From the IMG/VR virus record IMGVR_UViG_2654587685_000022: a stretch of 12,723 nucleotides of DNA, one strand, 5' to 3'. This stretch comes from a virus. Taxonomy: Duplodnaviria; Heunggongvirae; Uroviricota; Caudoviricetes. A program made the position numbers and the translations under genes. Shown piece by piece: positions 7,591 through 12,723 of this stretch. Within the stretch, counting starts at the first letter, position 1. Each line of letters opens with the position of its first letter. Below the pieces are notes generated by a model. The model had not been told where the DNA came from, made no database searches, and saw only the letters and a list, made by a program, of their open reading frames with translations.

Positions 7591-9423
7591 CTACCTGAAC
7601 CGCGTATAGCCAACATCATGGCTGACATCAAAACCGCTGGATCGCGTTTCCATAACCCGCATACCCGGAGGCGAATTCACAAAAGAGACCTTGATCTCAC
7701 CATCAACTTTTGGCACAGAAGCTTTGTTAATCATGAAGGGATTCGAGCCTGTGGCATCGGAGGCGTTGTTTGACTGAGCCGGATCCACCGCCGGATAAGG
7801 TGTGTATCCCCGCGCCGGTATTCCCGTCCCATAAGCATCATAAGCACCCGCGCCCCACTGCGCAGAGTTAATGGCATCGACCGTGTCACCGGAACTGTCG
7901 GTAAACCACTCAATAATTGGCTTCAGCTTGTCCCACATATCCTGAAACCACTTAACAACCGGTCCCCAGTTATTGATCACCATCCCCAGCGGCGACCAGG
8001 CAAAAACCTTCTTCAGAAGTTCCCAACCTGCCTCAAAATAAGGACCAATGGTTTCCCAGAGCTTCTTGAAATAAGGTCCGACAACATCCCAGTTAGTGAT
8101 AATTAATCCCGCAGCCAGAGCAATCGCCGTCGCAATCATGCCAATCGGCGTCATCGACATAATCCTGCTGACAATACTGATGGCACCGCCAACGCCCATC
8201 AATCCCAGTTTCAGAATCGCAAGACCGGCAGCAAGCCCGACGACGCCGCGAATAACCCGGGGATTTTCATCCGCAAACTTCGTGAATTTTTCCCCTAACT
8301 CCCCCAGCCATTGCGTGATATTTTTGGCGTCACCAGAAAATGCGCCGCCAATAGCCGCAAGGCCGTTAGTTGCGGTCCCCGTCATTGCCTCCCACAGGTT
8401 GGACAGCGTACCAAGCTGGGCCTGAACACGTTTATTCAGGCTGGCCTGTTTATTCATCTTCTGCTGGATCTGATCGTAGCCATCCTTTCCTTTATCGATT
8501 AGTGCATTGACCACCTGAAGGGTTTCGGCATCATCACCAAATATTGCCTTAAGTACACCTGTTCGCTTAACGTCGGTCAGTTTTCGCAGCTTTGCCAGTT
8601 GCCTGAACATGTTATCAAGACCGCCAAAACTTCCTTTGCCGTCAGTAAAATCGAGCTGTACCCCGAGTTTCTGGCGGGCCATGATTTTATTGACGTCCCT
8701 GATTTTCTTAACGCTTAATCCGGACTGGATAACTTTTCGCAGGGCGTTACCTGCCGACTCCCCGTTCATCCCCATCTGATCCATCATGACGCTGATGGGG
8801 GCAAGGCTCTGTGCAGCCTGAAGACCGTCCTTGTTCACCATCTTCAGAACAGAGCTGGTTTTAGTGAAGAAGGACAACATGTTGGTATCGTCAACACCCA
8901 GATAAAACGCCTTCTGGATAGTGTCGAACAGCCCCATCATGTCTTCTGACGCCGTTCCGGTAGCATCCTGCATCTTTGCAGCAAACTCAGCAGCCGCTTC
9001 CGGTGTTTTTTTCAGTTGTACCGCAAGATAAGCTGTCGCTTTACCCACACCGCCAAGAATATTTTCTGCCGGGATCCCCTGACGCACCAGCATCTGCATC
9101 ATGTTCTGGAAATCAGCCGTTGTACCGGGTAGCTGGTTACCCAGGCCAATAGCCAGTTTATTGATGTCCTGAAAGCTCTTTCCGACCTCGCCGTTCGCAT
9201 CCATCATGGCGACTTTCAGCCCGGTGGCGGCGTTTTCCTGATCGGCATAAGATTTCAGGGAAAGCGTCAGACCCGCTGCCAGTCCGCCACCAAGCGCCAG
9301 CCCACCCTGTGACGCTTCTTCCGCCTGGCGTTTAAATCCCCGGATTTTCTTTTGCATTTTCGACAGCGCGGGAGAAAGCCTGTCGACACCGGTGATCAAC
9401 GCCTTAAGCTCAAATTCCGCCAT
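7591..9423 (-). CDS. Tail tape measure protein
   Basis: 610-aa ORF directly after the chaperone frameshift region. It has a Gly/Ala-rich hydrophobic central segment (GVVGLAAGLAILKLGLMGVGGAISIV...IGMIATAIALAAGLIITNW) and coiled-coil-like N-terminal regions, typical of tape measure proteins. Confidence 0.8.
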   Translation of the reverse strand: MAEFELKALITGVDRLSPALSKMQKKIRGFKRQAEEASQGGLALGGGLAAGLTLSLKSYADQENAATGLKVAMMDANGEVGKSFQDINKLAIGLGNQLPGTTADFQNMMQMLVRQGIPAENILGGVGKATAYLAVQLKKTPEAAAEFAAKMQDATGTASEDMMGLFDTIQKAFYLGVDDTNMLSFFTKTSSVLKMVNKDGLQAAQSLAPISVMMDQMGMNGESAGNALRKVIQSGLSVKKIRDVNKIMARQKLGVQLDFTDGKGSFGGLDNMFRQLAKLRKLTDVKRTGVLKAIFGDDAETLQVVNALIDKGKDGYDQIQQKMNKQASLNKRVQAQLGTLSNLWEAMTGTATNGLAAIGGAFSGDAKNITQWLGELGEKFTKFADENPRVIRGVVGLAAGLAILKLGLMGVGGAISIVSRIMSMTPIGMIATAIALAAGLIITNWDVVGPYFKKLWETIGPYFEAGWELLKKVFAWSPLGMVINNWGPVVKWFQDMWDKLKPIIEWFTDSSGDTVDAINSAQWGAGAYDAYGTGIPARGYTPYPAVDPAQSNNASDATGSNPFMINKASVPKVDGEIKVSFVNSPPGMRVMETRSSGFDVSHDVGYTRFR

Positions 9424-9583
9424 GTGTGCGTTTCTCCTGCTCTATCCTGTTTGCCTGACTGACCAGCAAGGGAATTTCACTGATCGGCATATTCAGCAAT
9501 TCGAAAGGATTAATGCGCCAGTAGCTGGCGCAGTCAAAGAAGCGATCAGTGAGGTATTCAGCCGTCAGGCCTGGAGGAAAAAA
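9410..9583 (-). CDS. -1 frameshift extension of the tail assembly chaperone (fusion product about 141 aa spanning 9410..9834)
   Basis: The minus-strand heptamer T_TTT_TTC (plus 9577-9583, gaaaaaa) lies 3 codons before the zero-frame stop. The -1 frame continues ...FFPPGLTAEYLTDRFF...EQEKRTHGGI to a stop at 9410-9412, overlapping the tape measure start (9423) by 14 nt. This is analogous to lambda G/GT and P2 E/E+E'. Confidence 0.55.
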   Translation of the reverse strand, partial: FFPPGLTAEYLTDRFFDCASYWRINPFELLNMPISEIPLLVSQANRIEQEKRTHGGI

Positions 9584-9834
9584 CCAGCCACAAGCCACGC
9601 CGCTGCATTCAGGTCTGCCGGAGACATCTGGTCGACAGAGCTTTGCGGCACTTTCGCCAGCCGCACAATGTATTTCGACACCACATGCGCCAGAAGTCTG
9701 ACTGACTCATCCTGATTCATCTGGTAGGGATACCCCAGCTCGCGGACATCCTTCCCGGTGGGTTCATCAAACTCCAGTACGGAGAGTGTCTCACCATGAG
9801 CGATAATCGGTTTCTTTAACTCAAGCTCTTTCAT
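9565..9834 (-). CDS. Tail assembly chaperone (Mu gp41-like), zero-frame product
   Basis: 89-aa ORF between the tube and tape measure genes. It ends ...AAAWLVAGFFLQA over a U_UUU_UUC slippery heptamer. Confidence 0.65.
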   Translation of the reverse strand: MKELELKKPIIAHGETLSVLEFDEPTGKDVRELGYPYQMNQDESVRLLAHVVSKYIVRLAKVPQSSVDQMSPADLNAAAWLVAGFFLQA

Positions 9835-10190
9835 TACTGGTAATCCCCTTCTTCACCGTGGAACTCAAGATCAACCGTGCCTTCTTCGGCATTATGGTTC
9901 GCTTCGCCGTGCAGCCAGGCGGACGACAATACATAGACCTGACCGTTCGCCAGCTCGGCAGTGATGGTCATCTCATCAGACGAGGTGATTTTGCTCACCG
10001 GAAAATTCTTCGGCACCTTGAAGGTCCCTTTGACATAAGGCGCACGGTGAGTTTCCTTGCGGTCCACTGAACCGTCCAGGCCGATGATGTCATCATTGAC
10101 CGTCCTGTTCATGGGCACCTCAATGCCGCCGGTCAGCGATAGCTGCTGACCGTCAATTTTGAAATAACAGGTTCCCCCGATACGGGCCAT
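9834..10190 (-). CDS. Tail tube protein (Mu gp40-like)
   Basis: 118-aa ORF immediately downstream of the sheath gene with a 1-nt stop/start overlap. Size and position are typical of Mu-type tube proteins. Confidence 0.7.
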   Translation of the reverse strand: MARIGGTCYFKIDGQQLSLTGGIEVPMNRTVNDDIIGLDGSVDRKETHRAPYVKGTFKVPKNFPVSKITSSDEMTITAELANGQVYVLSSAWLHGEANHNAEEGTVDLEFHGEEGDYQ

Positions 10191-11686
10191 TATGCAGACT
10201 CCTCTGAATACTGAAGACGGAACTGGTTAACCACGGCAAAGACACGCAACTGGTTAACATAGTCAGGCGGGAACAGCGTGTTCAGGCGGTTCGGATCGCT
10301 GGCATCACGCTCCACAACCAGGTACTGCTTAAACAGTTCGTAGTTTTCCACGATCCCCGCACGCTCAAGCTGACGGTAGGTTGCCAGCAGTTCCCCTTTG
10401 ATCACCGCCGGTGTGACAATCGCCTGACCGGGACCAAAGCGGGTACCGTCGCTGGCAAGCTTGTGACGCCCGTACTTACTGGTAATGACGGATTTCAGTT
10501 TGCGCAGCACATACGCGCTGGTATGCAGCGTCTCGCTGTCGAGGTAGCTGTTATCCGCAACACCGTAAGCGTTTTTCCTGTACGTGGTGACATCACGCTG
10601 AATGCGCAGCACCCCGCTTTCGACATACGCCGTTGCCACGCCATGAGACAGCAGGGTCTGTTGTTCGGTCATCGTGAACCGTTTCCCCTTCGGCGCAGGC
10701 AGCATACCCACCAGCTCACCGGTCTGCGTGGGACGTGCCGGATCGTTGCGAATAAACACCGCTGCGCGGGCGGTACGGCTTGCCGCCAGCTCGTCGGCAG
10801 GCGTCTGGGTCTCTTTTTCGTATCCCGCCAGGGTAATGTGCTGCTGGTTAAACTGGTCACCTGCGTTCACCAGTTCTGACAGCGTGCCGATCTTTGCCGT
10901 ATACACATGACCATACAGCTGACGCGCATAGCTCCAGCGACCGCTGGTATCGTTCATCTCGGTCACCAGCGTGTTAACGGAGGCCGTGTCGTTGAACGGC
11001 AGGCCGATATAATCAAACGGCTCATCCGCCATTGCAGCCACCGCGCCGGTGAGAACCGGAGCACCCGTTCCGGCGGTACCCGTCGCCACGGCAATCTGTA
11101 CGCCCGCTGGCAGCACTTCGCCCCCACCAAAGCCGTAGTAATTGAGGCTGACAGGAATTTCATTCCCGCAAAGCCCCTTATGGCGAGCGGTCAATGTAAC
11201 CACACCAGCCGAAGATGAGGCCGTAAACGGCAGGGCCGGAACGGCATTGATGGCATCTTTGATACTGCTGGCAATCGTCGCGACGTTATCGCCGTTGGTC
11301 ACCGGTGCCTGCACGCGGGTACGTCCCACATAAACATTCACCGTGCCGGTTTCGGTTGCTGCCCCGGTCACCGTCAGCGTAACTGTTGCCGCCGCGCCTG
11401 TGGATTCAGGAACGGCAATTACATACAGTTCACCAAACGGGTCGGTCTGGCGATAAGCCTCGACCATACGCGCCAGCTGACTTCCCGCACCACAAATCTG
11501 GCGTGCATAGTCTGCCGACGGCATCAGCACCAGACTGTTGGCAACAATCTCTGCACCGTTATTGGCATGACCAATCAGCAGCGATGCTCCGCTGTCCTGT
11601 GCAGTATTCGCCACCTGGTTATCCATTTCCGCATAAAACAGCGGAACCAGCGTATTCGACGGAATGGTGTTAAAGCTTATCGTCAT
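10190..11686 (-). CDS. Contractile tail sheath protein (Mu gp39 L-like)
   Basis: 498-aa ORF (MTISFNTIPSNTLVPLFYAEMDNQ...) with an AAGGTG SD 8 nt upstream. Size and position upstream of tube, chaperone and tape measure are typical of sheath proteins. Confidence 0.8.
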   Translation of the reverse strand: MTISFNTIPSNTLVPLFYAEMDNQVANTAQDSGASLLIGHANNGAEIVANSLVLMPSADYARQICGAGSQLARMVEAYRQTDPFGELYVIAVPESTGAAATVTLTVTGAATETGTVNVYVGRTRVQAPVTNGDNVATIASSIKDAINAVPALPFTASSSAGVVTLTARHKGLCGNEIPVSLNYYGFGGGEVLPAGVQIAVATGTAGTGAPVLTGAVAAMADEPFDYIGLPFNDTASVNTLVTEMNDTSGRWSYARQLYGHVYTAKIGTLSELVNAGDQFNQQHITLAGYEKETQTPADELAASRTARAAVFIRNDPARPTQTGELVGMLPAPKGKRFTMTEQQTLLSHGVATAYVESGVLRIQRDVTTYRKNAYGVADNSYLDSETLHTSAYVLRKLKSVITSKYGRHKLASDGTRFGPGQAIVTPAVIKGELLATYRQLERAGIVENYELFKQYLVVERDASDPNRLNTLFPPDYVNQLRVFAVVNQFRLQYSEESA

Positions 11687-11840
11687 CGGTGTTCACCTTT
11701 TTATTCACGCGCCGGATATCACCCGCTGCTTCACGGCGCAGCCAGTAGTTGTTCTCGTCAACATTTCGCCCTTCGGCGGGCAAAAGGTCACCGCGGGCAG
11801 GGTCAGGCACTGACCGCCCTTTAACAGGTTTCACAAACAT
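11670..11840 (-). CDS. Small hypothetical protein (56 aa), possible Mu gp38-like; absent from the supplied ORF track
   Basis: Hand translation of the minus strand gives MFVKPVKGRSVPDPARGDLLPAEGRNVDENNYWLRREAAGDIRRVNKKVNTDDDKL. Its ATG is 8 nt after the gp37-like stop and it overlaps the sheath start by 17 nt (14 nt excluding its stop codon). There is no SD, so translation would depend on coupling. Confidence 0.4.
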   Translation of the reverse strand: MFVKPVKGRSVPDPARGDLLPAEGRNVDENNYWLRREAAGDIRRVNKKVNTDDDKL

Positions 11841-11848
11841 GAAGATTC

Positions 11849-12409
11849 TCAGGAAGGAAGGGTTATTTCGGTGTGATGTTCGATATCGCCGTCAGGCCCG
11901 TTACCGGGATCGAGATAATCAACATCAATCGCCAGCGTTCGCAGTTCATCCAGACTGTTCAGGTCATCCTGCTGGCGGGTATCGTCTTCAGTCAGCTCGC
12001 TGATGATCGAAAAATCGAACTGATAAATCAGCTCATGACGATTCAGATCCAGCAGCGTGCCGCCGTCATAGTTAATCGGGTTACCGCACGCTTCCGGGTT
12101 CCAGCCCAGCAGGGCCTTAAAGAGCATCTGCCGGACATCGTCCACCACATCATACGAAGCAAACTGACCGCGCTCATCACGCCCGTTACTCAGTATGACA
12201 ACCACGGAGAAGCCCTCTTTCAGCTCCTGCCAGTAGTCGGTCTGGCTTTTGTTTTCTCCCGGAGAATCATCACCCGGTACAACATATGCCGCCGGGAGTT
12301 TCAGCTTTCCGACCTCCGGCAGATTTTTGAACTGGGCCGCGCCTGCAACCCGGTTTTCAAAATACGGACAACGGGCACGCAGTGCAGCAATAACAGGCGT
12401 CAGTTTCAT
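11849..12409 (-). CDS. Mu gp37-like tail-associated protein
   Basis: 186-aa acidic ORF upstream of the sheath gene. Size and position correspond to Mu/FluMu gp37. Its ATG overlaps the stop of the upstream ORF in an ATGA arrangement. Confidence 0.55.
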   Translation of the reverse strand: MKLTPVIAALRARCPYFENRVAGAAQFKNLPEVGKLKLPAAYVVPGDDSPGENKSQTDYWQELKEGFSVVVILSNGRDERGQFASYDVVDDVRQMLFKALLGWNPEACGNPINYDGGTLLDLNRHELIYQFDFSIISELTEDDTRQQDDLNSLDELRTLAIDVDYLDPGNGPDGDIEHHTEITLPS

Positions 12410-12723
12410 CTGTGTCGTCGCTCCGGCTTCAGTGATTTACGCAATTCCCGCGCCAGAAAATAGCGTGTCCAGCTGCGGTTCTTTTCAAGCGTTTCCACCA
12501 TGAAGTTATTACGTGGAGCCAGTCGCCAGCCGCTGCCACCGGATGCACCACGATGATGGCTGCGACGACGCTTTGCCCCTCGCCTCACGCCATAGAACAA
12601 AAAAGCCGGATAAAAATCACCGGTGATACGGCGGTTTCCCTCTCCATTACGCTGGTTAGGGGCTATACGTGCCATAAAACCAGGGCGATGTTTACTGGCT
12701 CTGGGTACCATGTAACCAATCGA
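12406..12723 (-). CDS. Hypothetical Arg-rich protein, C-terminal part (ORF open to the window edge)
   Basis: This is the only open minus-strand frame in the region; the other two have multiple stops. It is translationally coupled (ATGA) to the gp37-like gene. The reading frame is open to the window edge (S-I-G-Y before the first Met), so the true start may be outside. The highly basic composition is unusual, so the call is low confidence. Confidence 0.3.
   Translation of the reverse strand, partial: SIGYMVPRASKHRPGFMARIAPNQRNGEGNRRITGDFYPAFLFYGVRRGAKRRRSHHRGASGGSGWRLAPRNNFMVETLEKNRSWTRYFLARELRKSLKPERRHR

Noticed and set aside
8096-8502. Plus-strand ORFs 8096..8425 and 8311..8502 antisense to the tape measure gene
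   Set aside because: Their hydrophobic Ala/Pro/Ile-rich translation simply mirrors the Gly/Ala-rich tape measure sequence on the other strand.
9392-11333. Plus-strand ORFs 9392..9715, 9858..10070, 10463..10879, 10674..10910, 10907..11218 and 11142..11333
   Set aside because: They are antisense to the chaperone, tube and sheath genes, with no start context and low-complexity translations.
545-12409. P2-type (rather than Mu-type) tail module
   Set aside because: A DNA circulation protein gene sits between tape measure and hub, gp46-like and gp37-like genes are present, and there are no P2 gpU/gpX/tail-completion equivalents in the expected places. This fits the Mu-type order better.
11386-12503. 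Plus-strand ORFs 11386..11673, 11567..11824, 11749..12003, 11873..12463 and 12249..12503
   Set aside because: They are antisense to the sheath, small ORF and gp37-like genes. The 196-aa one is long only because the opposite-strand gene lacks stop-complementary codons.
1-12723. CRISPR array, tRNA/attachment site, integrase, transposase or IS element
   Set aside because: No regularly spaced direct repeats, no tRNA-like cloverleaf candidates, and no ORF with recombinase or transposase features were seen. The only recombination-related signal is the isolated hix-like site.

Overview
The window is almost entirely a reverse-strand, tightly coupled contractile-tail and baseplate module of an enterobacterial prophage with Mu-type gene content and order. 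Reading the minus strand from 12723 down to 545: an Arg-rich partial ORF, a gp37-like protein, an unlisted small ORF, sheath, tube, a tail assembly chaperone with a -1 frameshift extension, tape measure, DNA circulation protein, baseplate hub, spike, gp46-like, baseplate J-like, gp48-like, a short tail fiber and a tail fiber assembly protein. On the plus strand at the left edge is a DinI-like gene preceded by two tandem LexA boxes. The most interesting element is a roughly 0.7 kb AT-rich insertion (6907..7590) between the tape measure and DNA circulation genes; it has its own -10 element, an ORF for a signal-peptide protein of unknown function with a T8 tract in its 5' coding region, and a hairpin plus U-tract terminator (a classic moron layout). 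A 26-bp near-palindromic hix/gix-like site sits inside the tail fiber gene at the constant/variable junction, but no invertase or alternative fiber cassette is present, suggesting a relic of a tail-fiber inversion switch. All family assignments are from reading the translated ORFs and gene order by eye; no database search was run. No tRNA, rRNA, CRISPR array, integrase or transposase was seen.
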